Shown: positions 1 to 10,962, counted from the first letter of the stretch. The stretch: DNA of 64,000 bases from an uncultured Verrucomicrobiae bacterium (GCA_963836755.1 CAWIKF010000001.1:640001-704000); one strand, 5' to 3'. The notes: generated from the sequence alone by a model not told the origin. Numbers and translations are program-made.

Positions 1-127
1 CAGCTCGGCGGCGTCATTCGTTTTTCAAAAACGGGGAGCACATCGTTTCGGATTTTGCTCCCGTCGCGAACTTAGCGAGTTTGGCAGCGATTGCGTTTTC
101 GCGTGACGCGCGCTATTCGAGAGAGGC

Positions 128-1024
128 GTGGCGACCGCAAAAAAAGATCGACTGGCCGAAGCGTTTTTCGATGCGCTGGAGTTTGAGCGCAACTGCTCGC
201 GACGAACCCTGATCAACTACCGCCACGCGCTAGCGACCTTTCGCGCGCAGCCGAATTTGCCGGCGTGGAAAGATTGCGCGGCGGATCATTTCCGGCAGTT
301 TTTGTTTGAGCTGATGAAGAAAAAAAGCTCGCGCGCCACGGTGCGACTGCACTTCGCGGCGCTGCGGACTTTTTACAAATTTCTCACCGAGCGCCATGGC
401 CTGCGCGACAATCCGCTCAAGGAAGTGCAATTGCCAAAGGCGGAAAAAAAGCTGCCGCTCGTGCTGACTGGAAAGCAAGTCGACGAGCTGCTCGCCGCGC
501 CTTTCAAAGCGCCGCGCCAGAGACAGGCACCGGCGTGGGCGGCCGCACGGGACGCCGCGATCATGGAACTTTTTTACAGCAGCGGACTTCGTCTGTCGGA
601 GCTCGTCGCGCTCGACGTCGCGCACATTGATCCGTATTCGGAAACCGTCCGCGTTTTTGGCAAAGGCCGCAAAGAGCGCATCTGCCCGGTCGGCGCGCCC
701 GCGCTCGCGGCAATCCAGCGTTACCGGCACGAAGCGCGCGTCGAGGCGGGGCCGCTCTTCATCAATAAACGGCGCGGCCGGCTCTCGGCGACGAACGTTT
801 GGGCGCTGCTCAAAAAATATGTGCGGCACACGAGCATTCCGATTTCTCTCAGTCCGCACAAGCTGCGGCATTCCTTCGCGACGCACCTGCTCGATGCCGG
901 TGCGGACCTGCGCAGCGTGCAATCGCTGCTCGGCCACGCGAGCCTCTCGACCACGCAGATTTACACGCACGTGACGGTCGAGCGGTTGAAGAAAGTTTAC
1001 AACGAGGCGCACCCGCGGGCTTGA
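128..1024 (+). CDS. xerC: Tyrosine recombinase XerC/XerD type
   Basis: 298 aa; SAM-like N-domain; catalytic motifs GLRLSEL, GKGRKER, HKLRHSFATH, LLGH, TTQIY; no IntI-specific insertion. Confidence 0.85.
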   Translation: MATAKKDRLAEAFFDALEFERNCSRRTLINYRHALATFRAQPNLPAWKDCAADHFRQFLFELMKKKSSRATVRLHFAALRTFYKFLTERHGLRDNPLKEVQLPKAEKKLPLVLTGKQVDELLAAPFKAPRQRQAPAWAAARDAAIMELFYSSGLRLSELVALDVAHIDPYSETVRVFGKGRKERICPVGAPALAAIQRYRHEARVEAGPLFINKRRGRLSATNVWALLKKYVRHTSIPISLSPHKLRHSFATHLLDAGADLRSVQSLLGHASLSTTQIYTHVTVERLKKVYNEAHPRA

Positions 1025-1180
1025 GGCGCGGCGGGGCAGGGAACTGCCGAAGTTTAGACAGTAAGACTTTTCGGCTTGTTTGTTTTTAGCCAACAGCAAC
1101 GGCGCTGTTCAGTTTTGCGAATGCCCGCGAACCCGCTTCACTGCTTGCTTTTGAGCAGATTTTAATCATCGGCCATTCCA

Positions 1181-1197
1181 TTGGCACAGCGCCTGCT
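1181..1197 (+). promoter_or_regulatory. Putative sigma54 (-24/-12) promoter of amtB-glnK
   Basis: TTGGCACAGCGCCTGCT: GG(1183-84)-N10-GC(1195-96), upstream of a nitrogen-regulated operon. Confidence 0.7.
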
Positions 1198-1451
1198 GAG
1201 GGCGGCACCGTGATTTTCTCAGGAGAAATTTGCTCGTGTGCCGGCGTCGCCCATTTGCGGCAGCGTCTCGCGCATGGAGCGGTGACGAAAAATTTCTCCA
1301 GTCCAGTTTCATCGGCCAGGCTGCGGGTTCAACAAACCCGGAGCCAAGTGGTTTTGATGAATAACCGCGGGCGCATCCATCTGCGCGTCCTCAAACCTTC
1401 CGCCGGGCCCACTGCGCGGCGGAGCAAACCTAAACCTAAAAGAAAGTTATA

Positions 1452-3329
1452 ATGCCTAAACTATTAAAGAAATGGTCGCTGCTCGCAATCGCGGGCGCGA
1501 TGGCCTGGACCGCCGGTGGCGGAACCATCCGGGCACAGGATGCGACGCCAACCGTCGCAGCCACACCTGAAGCAGCTTCGCCTGCTCCAGCAGCTGCGGC
1601 AGCTAGTCCCGCAGCCGCGGATGCAACCGCCGCTGCTCCCGCAGCAGCATCGCCAACTCCGCAGCAACCTGACTCGCTCGCCTATCCGCCCGGCGCAAAC
1701 GCGGGAACGGTTACGGATTTGACGTGGCCAATCCCGGCTGATGCCAGCAGCGTCAATCCGGCTGGCAAAAACAAAGTCACGCCTGACGAAGTCGTCGCGA
1801 ACGTGGCGCACAACAAGATCTCGATCAACGTGGTCTGGACGCTCGTCACGGGCTTCCTGGTCATGTTCATGCAGGCGGGATTTGCGCTCGTCGAAACCGG
1901 CCTTTGCCGCGCGAAAAATGCGGCGCACGTTATGGCGACAAACTTCATGATCTACGGCCTGGGCATGCTCGGGTTCTGGATTTGCGGTTTCGCGTTCATG
2001 TTCGGCAACTACTGGAACGGTCCGGTTCCGATTGGCTGGCAACCGTCGCTCGGTCAAGGGCTCGCGCTTTTGAACAGCGGCTGGACGGTAACGATCGCCG
2101 GGCATCCGTTCGGATTGATCGGGTTAAAAGGCTTTTTCCTGAGCCCGTCGGTATTCGACAGCGCCGTCCTGACGTTGTTCCTGTTTGAAATGGTGTTCAT
2201 GGACACCACGGCAACCATCCCGACCGGCACGATGGCGGAACGCTGGAACTTCAAACACTTCATCGTTTACGGTTTCTGGGTCGGCATGTTCCCGTATGCC
2301 ATTTACGGCAACTGGGTCTGGGGCGGCGGCTGGCTCGCGCAGCTCGGCCAGAACTTCGCACTCGGCCACGGTGCCGTGGACTTCGCCGGCTCCGGCGTGG
2401 TGCACATGTGCGGTGGCGTGATTGCCCTCGCTGGTGGTCTCGCCATTGGACCTCGTCTGGGCAAATACGGCCCGGATGGCAAGCCACGCCCGATCCCGGG
2501 ACACGACGTTCCGATGGTCATGCTCGGCACTTTCATTCTGGCGCTCGGCTGGTTCGGGTTCAACCCGGGATCGACTCTCGCGGGCACGGACAACCGCATC
2601 GCCATTGTGGCGGTAAACACGATGCTCGCGGGTGCGGCAGCCTCGATCGGAACCCTGATCACGATGTATCTCGTAACGGGCAAACCGGATCCGACGATGC
2701 TTTGCAACGGCCTGCTCGCAGGTCTCGTCGCCATCACGGCTCCTTGCGCCTTTGTGAACACGATGGGCGCGGTGATCATCGGCTTCATCGCCGGCATCAT
2801 TGTAGTATTCTCCGTGTTCTTCTGGGAACGTGTGGCGAAAGTTGACGACTGCGTTGGCGCTCTCTCCGTTCACGGAGTTTGCGGCTGCTTCGGCGTGCTC
2901 AGTGTCGGCATCTTTGCCAACGGCTCCTACGGTGCCGGCTGGGGTGGCGTTCACAAACTGTTCAAAGACGGCGCGTGGACGATCATCAACAACGACGCCC
3001 TTCCGGCGACGTTAACGAAATACGCGACCATGACCGGCACTGGAGCTGGCGGCGGCTGGACAGATGTCGGCGTCACCGGCATCCTCGGCCCGCTTTTCGG
3101 CGCGCCTGCGGCCGACATGTCACAGTTCATGGCGCAAGCCGTGGACGCACTCGTCTGCGCAGTATTCGTGTTCGTGTTCAGCTACATCTTCTTTAAGGTG
3201 TCGAACATGTTCGTGAAGATCCGCTCCGTGCGTGAAGAAGAAATCCAGGGTCTGGATGTTCCGGAAATGGGCGTCGAAGCCTATCCGGACTTCTCGCAAA
3301 CCGATAAAACCTCGCCGCAAATCGGCTAA
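1452..3329 (+). CDS. amtB: Ammonium transporter (Amt family) with long Ala/Pro-rich N-terminus
   Basis: FMQAGFALVE, DFAGSGVVH, GWFGFNPGS, DD..GALSVHG motifs; twin His conserved; adjacent P-II gene. Confidence 0.95.
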   Translation: MPKLLKKWSLLAIAGAMAWTAGGGTIRAQDATPTVAATPEAASPAPAAAAASPAAADATAAAPAAASPTPQQPDSLAYPPGANAGTVTDLTWPIPADASSVNPAGKNKVTPDEVVANVAHNKISINVVWTLVTGFLVMFMQAGFALVETGLCRAKNAAHVMATNFMIYGLGMLGFWICGFAFMFGNYWNGPVPIGWQPSLGQGLALLNSGWTVTIAGHPFGLIGLKGFFLSPSVFDSAVLTLFLFEMVFMDTTATIPTGTMAERWNFKHFIVYGFWVGMFPYAIYGNWVWGGGWLAQLGQNFALGHGAVDFAGSGVVHMCGGVIALAGGLAIGPRLGKYGPDGKPRPIPGHDVPMVMLGTFILALGWFGFNPGSTLAGTDNRIAIVAVNTMLAGAAASIGTLITMYLVTGKPDPTMLCNGLLAGLVAITAPCAFVNTMGAVIIGFIAGIIVVFSVFFWERVAKVDDCVGALSVHGVCGCFGVLSVGIFANGSYGAGWGGVHKLFKDGAWTIINNDALPATLTKYATMTGTGAGGGWTDVGVTGILGPLFGAPAADMSQFMAQAVDALVCAVFVFVFSYIFFKVSNMFVKIRSVREEEIQGLDVPEMGVEAYPDFSQTDKTSPQIG

Positions 3330-3385
3330 ACCTCAACGCTGGGCCCCGTCTGGCTTCGGCCAGGCGGGGCACGGCAAAGGAGTAA

Positions 3386-3727
<342 letters not shown>

Positions 3728-3750
3728 CCCGCAATCACAGCAACGTTTAA

Positions 3751-3786
3751 AAAAAGCGGCGAAGGCCTCGACCTTCGCCGCTTTTT
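3751..3786. terminator. Rho-independent terminator, potentially bidirectional
   Basis: AAAAAGCGGCGAAGG-cctcga-CCTTCGCCGCTTTTT perfect inverted repeat after glnK. Confidence 0.85.
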
Positions 3787-3802
3787 CGTCACAAGCTCCC
3801 GC

Positions 3803-4141
3803 ATGCCCACCGTCTCCATCGTTCTTTCCATCGTTTCACTGCTGACCCTCGTCCTGGGAATCCTCGCGTGGCGGCTCACGACCAGCCGGCCGCTGCTCAT
3901 CAACGTTCTTCTCTCCACCGCCTTCACCTTGATCGGCGCCTACGCGGCGACGAACCGCCAGCGGCCCGAGTTTGCCTACATTCTTCCATTTTTCTCGGCC
4001 ATGCTCTGCGGCGGCAAGGCCCTGGGCTACTTGTGGCGCAGCCGCAAGGAAAGCGAACTTCTCACACCCGGCTCGCTCCTCGCCTTCGTCGGCCTCGCAT
4101 GCGCAGGGGGTGCTTTTTTTGCATTCCGCGTCCTTTATTAG
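3803..4141 (+). CDS. Small membrane protein (~4 TM), unknown function
   Basis: 112-aa hydrophobic ORF filling the intergenic gap. Confidence 0.65.
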   Translation: MPTVSIVLSIVSLLTLVLGILAWRLTTSRPLLINVLLSTAFTLIGAYAATNRQRPEFAYILPFFSAMLCGGKALGYLWRSRKESELLTPGSLLAFVGLACAGGAFFAFRVLY

Positions 4142-4283
4142 TTTCATTGGCCGTGGACGAAGAGAACCATCCCGCTGGTCCTATTTTTGCAAAATTCTTC
4201 CGCGGCGCGCCTGCGATCTTGCCTTCACAGAGAGCGGGAGGACCGGGCATGAAAACGGCTAGCCTTGCCGATTTTTCCAAACG

Positions 4284-5585
4284 ATGCCTTTTCTAGCCGA
4301 GAGTTTTCCCAACCCGAGTCCGTTCATGGTGCTGCCGTTTGTCGCGATGCTCGCGGCGATCGCCATCGCGCCGATCCTCATCAAGCACCACTGGGAGCGG
4401 CATTACCACAAAGTCAGCGTCAGCCTTGGGCTGATCGCACTTTTTTACTACGCGTTCGTCTTGAAAAACTGGGGGCGCATCGGCCACACGGCGTATGAAT
4501 ACGTCAGCTTCATCGCGCTGATCGGCTCACTTTTCATCGTCGCGGGCGGGATTCACATCGTCGTCAAAGGCGAGGCGAAGCCGTGGATGAACTGCGTCTT
4601 CCTTCTCCTCGGCGCCATCATCGCCAACGTCATCGGCACCACCGGCGCATCGATGCTGCTCGTCCGCCCCTGGATTCGGATGAACCGCTACCGCTTCACG
4701 GGCTTCCACACCGTCTTTTTCATCTTCATCGTCAGCAACGTCGGCGGCTGCCTGACCCCGATCGGCGATCCGCCGCTCTTTCTCGGATTTTTGAAAGGCG
4801 TCCCGTTCTGGTGGGTCTTCGAGCATTGCTGGGAGGCGTGGCTGGTGGCCGTCTTTGGAATGCTCGGGATCTTTTATTTGCGCGACCGGACGAACTTCCT
4901 CAAAGCGCCGCGCGCCGTCCGCGAAGCCGAGACCGGCGGCGGCGAGACATGGAAATTCGGCGGCCTCTGGAATCTCGCATTCCTCGCCGTCATCCTCGGC
5001 TCCGTCTTCATCAAAGGCATGCCCGGCCTGCGCGAGGCGATCATGATCGGCGCCGCGGTCGCGTCCTATGTGACCACCGACAAGCGGACGCACAAGGCAA
5101 ACGACTTCAGCTTCGCCCCCATCAAGGAAGTCGCGTGGCTCTTTGTCGGCATCTTCGCCACCATGATGCCCGCGCTCGATTACCTCGAACTGCACGCGGC
5201 CTCGCTCGGGCTCCACAGCGAGATGCAATTCTACTGGCTCACCGGCGCCCTCTCCGGCGTGCTCGATAACGCGCCGACATACCTCACCTTCCTCGCGAGC
5301 GCCTTTGGCGTCGTCGGGCTAAAAATCGACCAGCCCGAGCACATGCAGGAATTCATCATGCACCATGACCATTACCTCGTCGCCATCTCCATCGGCGCGG
5401 TCTTCTTCGGCGCCATGACCTACATTGGCAACGGCCCGAACCTGATGGTAAAATCGATCGCCGAGGCTGCCGGCGCGAAGACACCGAGCTTTTTCGGCTA
5501 TGTCTTCAAATATTCGCTACCGGTGCTCATTCCCTTCTTCTTCATCGTCGGGATTCTCTTCTTTTCGAGCCATCGCATCTTTTAA
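4284..5585 (+). CDS. Putative Na+/H+ antiporter / CitMHS-like IT-superfamily transporter
   Basis: Multi-TM; SNVGGCLTPIGDPP, LDNAPTY, TYIGNGPN motifs. Confidence 0.8.
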   Translation: MPFLAESFPNPSPFMVLPFVAMLAAIAIAPILIKHHWERHYHKVSVSLGLIALFYYAFVLKNWGRIGHTAYEYVSFIALIGSLFIVAGGIHIVVKGEAKPWMNCVFLLLGAIIANVIGTTGASMLLVRPWIRMNRYRFTGFHTVFFIFIVSNVGGCLTPIGDPPLFLGFLKGVPFWWVFEHCWEAWLVAVFGMLGIFYLRDRTNFLKAPRAVREAETGGGETWKFGGLWNLAFLAVILGSVFIKGMPGLREAIMIGAAVASYVTTDKRTHKANDFSFAPIKEVAWLFVGIFATMMPALDYLELHAASLGLHSEMQFYWLTGALSGVLDNAPTYLTFLASAFGVVGLKIDQPEHMQEFIMHHDHYLVAISIGAVFFGAMTYIGNGPNLMVKSIAEAAGAKTPSFFGYVFKYSLPVLIPFFFIVGILFFSSHRIF

Positions 5586-5607
5586 AGTCGCAGCTGGCTG
5601 CAGGCAG

Positions 5608-5953
5608 GTCATCAGAAAGCGCTCTCGCATCGTCGGAAACCGGTCTCACGTCATCGGAAACCGACCTCGCGTCATCGGAAACCGGTCTCGCGTCGTCGGA
5701 AACCGGTCTCGCATCGTCGGAAACCAGTCTCGCATCATCGGAAACCAGTCTCGCATCATCGGAAGCCGGTCTCGCATCGTCGGAAACCGGTCTCGCATCA
5801 TCGGAAACCAGTCTCGCATCGTCGGAAACCGGTCTCGCATCATCAGAAACCGGTCCCGCGTCATCGGAAACCCCTCTGATGCCATCGGAAATCACTTTCA
5901 GGCTATCGCAAACCGCTTTAAGCTCATCGGAGACCAAATCCGCCATCGGAAAC
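5608..5953. repeat. 21-bp tandem array #1 (~16 units, consensus RTCRTCGGAAACCGGTCTCGC)
   Basis: Units start at 5608, 5629, 5650 ... 5923; near-identical on the left, degenerate on the right. Confidence 0.95.
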
Positions 5954-5954
5954 A

Positions 5955-6311
5955 ATGACTCACGTAACTACATCAGAGGGAAAGCTGGTTGTGGAAGTTC
6001 AGGGCTGGGACAAGCTTTGGGCGTTCAAAGGCCGCCTGGAGATCCCGCTCGAGCATGTCAGCGGGATCCGCGCCGCCGAAAACGAGCGCGTGCGAGGGAT
6101 CAAGGCTCCTGGCACTTACATTCCTGGCGTCATCACTGCGGGCACGTTTCACCGGGTCGGCAGCAAAGTTTTTTGGGACGTGCACGATCATGCCCGCGCT
6201 ATCGCGATTGACTTGCGCGACGATCGGTATGCCGCGTTGATCGTCGAAGTCGCGGATCCAGAAGCGACGATCCGCGAGATCGAGAGAGCGATCGCGCCGG
6301 TCAGTGCCTGA
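5955..6311 (+). CDS. Conserved hypothetical protein (bacterial PH-like)
   Basis: LEIPLEHV, RGIKAPGTYIPGVITAGTF, IVEVADP pattern of a widespread small family. Confidence 0.7.
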   Translation: MTHVTTSEGKLVVEVQGWDKLWAFKGRLEIPLEHVSGIRAAENERVRGIKAPGTYIPGVITAGTFHRVGSKVFWDVHDHARAIAIDLRDDRYAALIVEVADPEATIREIERAIAPVSA

Positions 6312-6330
6312 AAAAGCGGTCAGGCAGCGA

Positions 6331-6693
6331 ATGAAAACTCCCGCGACGCGCGAATCGCAGCATGCGCGACCGATCGGCTCGCTCATCAGCAAATCCGAAA
6401 AGGCGCAGCAGAAACTGACGCCGGGAACGTGGCAGCATTCGATGCTGCGGGACAATCTCAAAGCGTTGCGCATCGCCTCGGCGTTGATGAACAATGACGC
6501 CACCGAGCATTTCACGCGGGAAGAATTTCGCGACGCTCTACAAGCCTTTGCCGCGATGATCAGCAGGAGTGAGGCGGCTCAGTCAAAGTTCGCGCCGGGC
6601 ACTTCCCAGCATACTTTGCTGCGAAACAGGCTCGCGGCGTTGCGCGCAGCGGAAGTTCTCGCAAAGGCGGCGGCGGACAAGTTCAGCTCTTGA
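6331..6693 (+). CDS. Hypothetical protein with internal duplication
   Basis: Two similar halves (KSEKAQQKLTPGTWQHSMLRDNLKALR / RSEAAQSKFAPGTSQHTLLRNRLAALR). Confidence 0.65.
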   Translation: MKTPATRESQHARPIGSLISKSEKAQQKLTPGTWQHSMLRDNLKALRIASALMNNDATEHFTREEFRDALQAFAAMISRSEAAQSKFAPGTSQHTLLRNRLAALRAAEVLAKAAADKFSS

Positions 6694-6789
6694 CCGAGGG
6701 GGCGGATTTTGACGCGCAACGCGCGACTTTTTCCGCATGGTTCTGATTCACCCGCAACTACATCCAAAACCGGCCTGAGAATAGTTTTA

Positions 6790-7110
6790 ATGGCAATGAA
6801 TATTCGCAAATCCTCTTTTGCAGTCACCCTCGCAGTTTCCATCGCTCTCGCGCTGAGCGCGTGCGGCGGCGGCTCGCCCCTGACTTTGACGCAAGCCAAT
6901 CTCGACAAAATCCACGACGGCATGTCGGCGAGCGAGGTGAAGAGCATCCTCGGCGACCCGACAGACTCGAAGACCGAGCCGATCCCGATCGTCGGCGGCA
7001 CGAAGACGACTTACGTTTACACGAATAAGGACGGGAACGACCGTGTCACGATCGTGTTGAAAAATGACACGGTGCAGTCGAAGGAAGGCCACTTCAGCAG
7101 CAACCAGTAG
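6790..7110 (+). CDS. Lipoprotein, BamE/SmpA-DUF3862-like
   Basis: Lipobox LSAC; KIHDGMSASEVKSILGDP motif. Confidence 0.7.
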   Translation: MAMNIRKSSFAVTLAVSIALALSACGGGSPLTLTQANLDKIHDGMSASEVKSILGDPTDSKTEPIPIVGGTKTTYVYTNKDGNDRVTIVLKNDTVQSKEGHFSSNQ

Positions 7111-7113
7111 CAA

Positions 7114-7920
7114 GTGCGCATCTCGCTTTTCACGGCGGTTATTTTTTGCGCTACCATGGCTTCCGCCAAAGTCGTCGTGAAACCGGTGACCTATGACGAG
7201 GGTGGAAAAAAGCTCGAGAGCCAGCTGGTTTACGATGACAGCGCGACGAATGGCGTGAAGCGGCCGGGCGTGCTGGTTTTTCCGGAATGGTGGGGGCTGA
7301 ACGATTTTGCGAAAAGCCGCGCGCAGGAGCTGGCGCAGATGGGTTACGTCGCGCTCGCGGTCGATATGTATGGCAACGGTCAGGCGACTACCGATGCGAA
7401 GCAGGCAAAAGATTGGGCCGGGCCATTGATGAGCGATAAACCGGCGATGGCGCGGCGCGCGCAGGCGGCGCTCACGCAATTGCTAAACACGAAGCTGGTC
7501 AACCCGCGACAGGTGGCGGCGATCGGTTTTTGCTTCGGCGGCACTTGCAGTCAGGAGCTGGCTTACAGCGGCGCACCGATCGCGGCGGTGGTCAGTTTTC
7601 ACGGCGGGCTCGTGACGCCGAGCGCGGATCAAGTGAAGCAGACTCACGCGAAATTCCTGATGCTCAACGGCGCGGTGGACCCGACCGTGAAGCAGGACGC
7701 GGTCAAGGATTTCATGCAGGCGCTCGACGCGGGAAAGATCGATTACGAGTTCATCAACTACGCCGGCGCGCGCCACGCCTTCACAAATCCCGATGCGGAC
7801 AAACTCGGCGCGGCCAACGGAATGTCGGCAGTGGTCGGCTACAACGAAATCGCCGCGCGCCGCTCGTGGGCGCAGATGAAAATGTTCTTCGACGAGATTT
7901 TCGGCAGGCGCAGCAGCTAA
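7114..7920 (+). CDS. Dienelactone hydrolase family protein (exported)
   Basis: PEWWGLN, GFCFGG nucleophile, SFHG, HAFTNP; signal peptide. Confidence 0.9.
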   Translation: MRISLFTAVIFCATMASAKVVVKPVTYDEGGKKLESQLVYDDSATNGVKRPGVLVFPEWWGLNDFAKSRAQELAQMGYVALAVDMYGNGQATTDAKQAKDWAGPLMSDKPAMARRAQAALTQLLNTKLVNPRQVAAIGFCFGGTCSQELAYSGAPIAAVVSFHGGLVTPSADQVKQTHAKFLMLNGAVDPTVKQDAVKDFMQALDAGKIDYEFINYAGARHAFTNPDADKLGAANGMSAVVGYNEIAARRSWAQMKMFFDEIFGRRSS

Positions 7921-9080
7921 ACTTTTACCCAGCTTTTCGTCCGCGCGCTTTGGCTGATCGCCGCGAGGACCTGCTCGTTTTTCAGGCCGTCCTCAAGCGT
8001 CGGCTGCACGCTTTTGCCAGCAACGACGGCTTTGACGAAATCGGCAAACGCATTCACAAACGTGTGCTCGTAGCCGATGATGTGGCCCGGTGGCCACCAC
8101 GCGCCGGCGTAGGGCTGCGACCTTTCGGTGACGAGGATGGAGCGAAAGCCGCGCCGGTCATCGGGGTCGGCGTTGTCGTAAAAGTCGAGCCGGTTCATGT
8201 CTTCAAAGTTAAACGCGAGCGAGCCTTTGCTGCCGTTGATCTCGAGCGCGATGTGATTTTTGCGGCCGAGCGCGAATCGCGTCGCCTCGAGATTCGCGAG
8301 CGCGCCATTTTTAAAACGGCCGATCCACGAAACGGCGTCATCGACGGTGACTTTGCCCATTTTTTTCCCGGCCTTTGCCGCCCGATGCCCGACGCCGGCT
8401 TCTTCCTGGAGCGGCCGCTCCTTGATGAAAGTTTCCATCATGCCGCAAACTTCCTGGAACTCGCCGACGAGGTAGCGGCCGAGATCGATGATGTGCGCGT
8501 CGATGTCGCCATGCGCGCCGCTGCCGGCGATTTTGCCCTGTAGGCGCCAGACGAGCGGGAAATTCGGATCCGTAATCCAATCCTGCGCGTAGCGTGCGCG
8601 GTAATGAAAAATCCGGTCGCCGAGATCGCCCGCGTCGATCATTTTTTTCGCGAGCGCGATCGCCGGGATGCGGCGGTAGTTGTGGCAGATCATGTTCACG
8701 ACGCGCGCTTTTTTCGCGGCGGCGACGATCGCTTCGCCTTGCTCGACATTGAGCGCGAGCGGCTTTTCGCAAAGGATCGCCTTTCCCGCCTGCGCCGCAG
8801 CGATGGCGATCTCGGCGTGCGTGTCGTTTGGGGTGCAAATATCGACGATGTCGATTTCCGGATCGTTCACAACTTTGCGCCAATCCGTCGTCGCCGTTTT
8901 CCAGCCGAGGTTTGCGCGGGCGGCCTCGACGCCTTTCGCCGACCGCCCGCAAATGGTCCGCAGCTCCACATCGGCGGGCAACTCAAAAAACTTTGGCGCC
9001 TGCCGCCACGCGTTCGAGTGCGCCTTTCCCATAAAGTTGTAGCCGATCATCCCGACTCGCAGCGTGCGTTGTTTGTTCAT
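7917..9080 (-). CDS. Gfo/Idh/MocA oxidoreductase
   Basis: Rossmann start, CTPN..H, CEKPLA, GD..AH..D motifs. Confidence 0.9.
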   Translation of the reverse strand: MNKQRTLRVGMIGYNFMGKAHSNAWRQAPKFFELPADVELRTICGRSAKGVEAARANLGWKTATTDWRKVVNDPEIDIVDICTPNDTHAEIAIAAAQAGKAILCEKPLALNVEQGEAIVAAAKKARVVNMICHNYRRIPAIALAKKMIDAGDLGDRIFHYRARYAQDWITDPNFPLVWRLQGKIAGSGAHGDIDAHIIDLGRYLVGEFQEVCGMMETFIKERPLQEEAGVGHRAAKAGKKMGKVTVDDAVSWIGRFKNGALANLEATRFALGRKNHIALEINGSKGSLAFNFEDMNRLDFYDNADPDDRRGFRSILVTERSQPYAGAWWPPGHIIGYEHTFVNAFADFVKAVVAGKSVQPTLEDGLKNEQVLAAISQSARTKSWVKV

Positions 9081-9209
9081 AGAGGAGTGACGTTTTCTAT
9101 CGCGCGAGGCCGTGCGCCGCCAGCGATTTTCTCGCCGCGGCTCTGCAGCGATCGGACGAAAAAAATCATTGCAAGCCGCGCAGTCATCGCTACAGTTCCC
9201 GCCTTCGCT

Positions 9210-9479
9210 ATGGCAAAAACGAGTTGGATCGAACGAGAAAAACGCAAACGCGCGACGGTGACAAAGTTCGCCGCGCTCCGTGCTGAACTGAAGGCAAAGA
9301 AGGATTACATCGGTCTCTCGCAGCTGCCGCGCAATGCCAGCCCGACGCGTGTGACCAATCGCTGCCAGACGAGCGGCCGTCGCCGTGGCTTCATGCGCCG
9401 CTTCAAGCTTTCCCGCATCGCGTTCCGTGAGCTGGCTTCCAACGGGATGATCCCGGGGGTGACAAAGTCGAGCTGGTAG
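9210..9479 (+). CDS. rpsN: 30S ribosomal protein S14 (89-aa, zinc-free type)
   Basis: [10 protein letters not shown]...[40 protein letters not shown] at 9210 inside the longer computed ORF. Confidence 0.95.
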   Translation: MAKTSWIEREKRKRATVTKFAALRAELKAKKDYIGLSQLPRNASPTRVTNRCQTSGRRRGFMRRFKLSRIAFRELASNGMIPGVTKSSW

Positions 9480-9540
9480 CCGTCCCGGCGCCGCTCTTCA
9501 GCTCCGCCGCGATTCGCTGCGGACGCTTTGTCTTTTGCCA

Positions 9541-10929
9541 ATGAGCCCGTTCTTTCTTGCCGTGTTGGCGCAGGGCGTCGCGACGCATTGGGATGCGCCG
9601 GAGGTGATTTTTTTCAAGCTCCTCGTCGTCGTCCTCATCGTATTGGTGAACGGCTTCTTCGTCGTCTCGGAATTTTCGATCGTCAAAATTCGCGGCAGCC
9701 AGCTCGACGCGCTTTTGGAAAAAGGCGACAGGCGCGCAGTCATCGCGAAGCACGTCACCGAGCATCTCGACGCCTATCTTTCGACGACGCAGCTCGGCAT
9801 CACGATGACGAGCCTCGCGCTCGGCTGGATCGGCGAGCCGTATGTCGCGAAAATGCTCGAGCCGGTTTTCTCGGTCGCCGGCATCACGTCCGCCACGTTG
9901 ATCAACACGCTTGCAGTCACGATCGGCTTTGTCGTGATTACTTTTTTGCACATCATCTTCGGCGAGCTCGGTCCGAAATACATTGCGATCCGCGATCCGG
10001 TGCCGGTTGCGCTGAGCATTGTCCGGCCGCTCGGATTGTTCTTCGCCGTTTTCAAACCGGTGATCTGGACGCTCAACAAATCGTCGAATTTTCTGCTGAA
10101 AACCTTTCTCCGAATCGATCCCGTCGGCGGCACCGAGCTCGCGCACAGCGAGGAGGAATTGCGCGTGATCCTCGCTGAAAGCGAAGAAGCCGAGGAAGTC
10201 TCGTCGCTCGGAAAAGAGCTCGTCATCAATGCGCTCGACCTGCGCCGGCGTGTCGTCCGCGACATCATGACGCCGCGCGGCGAAGTCATTTTTTTGAGCA
10301 CCGAAGATTCCTTTGAGGAAAATTTAAAAGTCGCGCAGGAGTCGCGGCACACGCGTTTCCCGCTTTGCGACGGACATCTCGATCACACGATCGGCCTCGT
10401 GCACATCAAGGATCTGCTCTCGCTGATCCGCCGCCCAGACCCAGACTTGCTCTCCATCAAGCGCGAACTTTTACCGGTGCCGGAAATGATGGCGCTGGAA
10501 AAACTGCTCCATTTTTTCCTCAGCAAACATGCGCACCTCGCGCTCGTCGTCGATGAATACGGCGGCACGGTCGGCATCGTCTCGCTCGATAATGTGCTCG
10601 AGGAATTGGTCGGCGACATTCAGGACGAATTTGACGCCGAGCAGCAGGAATATCGAAAAATCAACGACGAGGAATTTGTCGTCGACGGCGCGCTCGGCCT
10701 TTACGAACTCAACGATCTCGCCGGCATCGAGCTCGAAAGCGCCGATGTCAGCACGATCGGCGGCTACGTGACGCATCTGCTCGGGCATTTGCCGAAGCAA
10801 GGCGAACACGTGCGCATCGACGATTACGTCGTGACGATCACGCAGACCGACGGACGCCGCATCGGCCAGCTTCAATTTAAAAAGACTGCCGTCGAAGTTT
10901 CCAAAGCACCTGTCAGCGAAAAACCGTAG
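9541..10929 (+). CDS. HlyC/CorC (CNNM + CBS) family transporter
   Basis: NGFFV.SEF, QLGIT..SLALGW, GELGPK, CBS pair, VVDEYGGT, CorC domain. Confidence 0.9.
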   Translation: MSPFFLAVLAQGVATHWDAPEVIFFKLLVVVLIVLVNGFFVVSEFSIVKIRGSQLDALLEKGDRRAVIAKHVTEHLDAYLSTTQLGITMTSLALGWIGEPYVAKMLEPVFSVAGITSATLINTLAVTIGFVVITFLHIIFGELGPKYIAIRDPVPVALSIVRPLGLFFAVFKPVIWTLNKSSNFLLKTFLRIDPVGGTELAHSEEELRVILAESEEAEEVSSLGKELVINALDLRRRVVRDIMTPRGEVIFLSTEDSFEENLKVAQESRHTRFPLCDGHLDHTIGLVHIKDLLSLIRRPDPDLLSIKRELLPVPEMMALEKLLHFFLSKHAHLALVVDEYGGTVGIVSLDNVLEELVGDIQDEFDAEQQEYRKINDEEFVVDGALGLYELNDLAGIELESADVSTIGGYVTHLLGHLPKQGEHVRIDDYVVTITQTDGRRIGQLQFKKTAVEVSKAPVSEKP

Positions 10930-10962
10930 CGCCACGCGAAGGCTGCGGATAGCATCGCCGGC

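Noticed and set aside
128..1024. Tyrosine recombinase as the integron integrase for the attC-like sites
   Set aside because: Typical XerC length and motifs, no IntI-specific insertion, housekeeping context, no adjacent attI
1141..1158. CTGCT-N8-AGCAG as an NtrC enhancer site
   Set aside because: Poor match to TGCAC-N7-GTGCA and too close to the -24 box
5608..5953. 21-bp arrays (also 15772, 58897, 62967) as CRISPR arrays
   Set aside because: Units are contiguous with no unique spacers, and no cas genes are in the window
8604..9209. N-terminal extension of the 291-aa ORF ending in S14
   Set aside because: Antisense shadow of the oxidoreductase; rpsN starts at 9210
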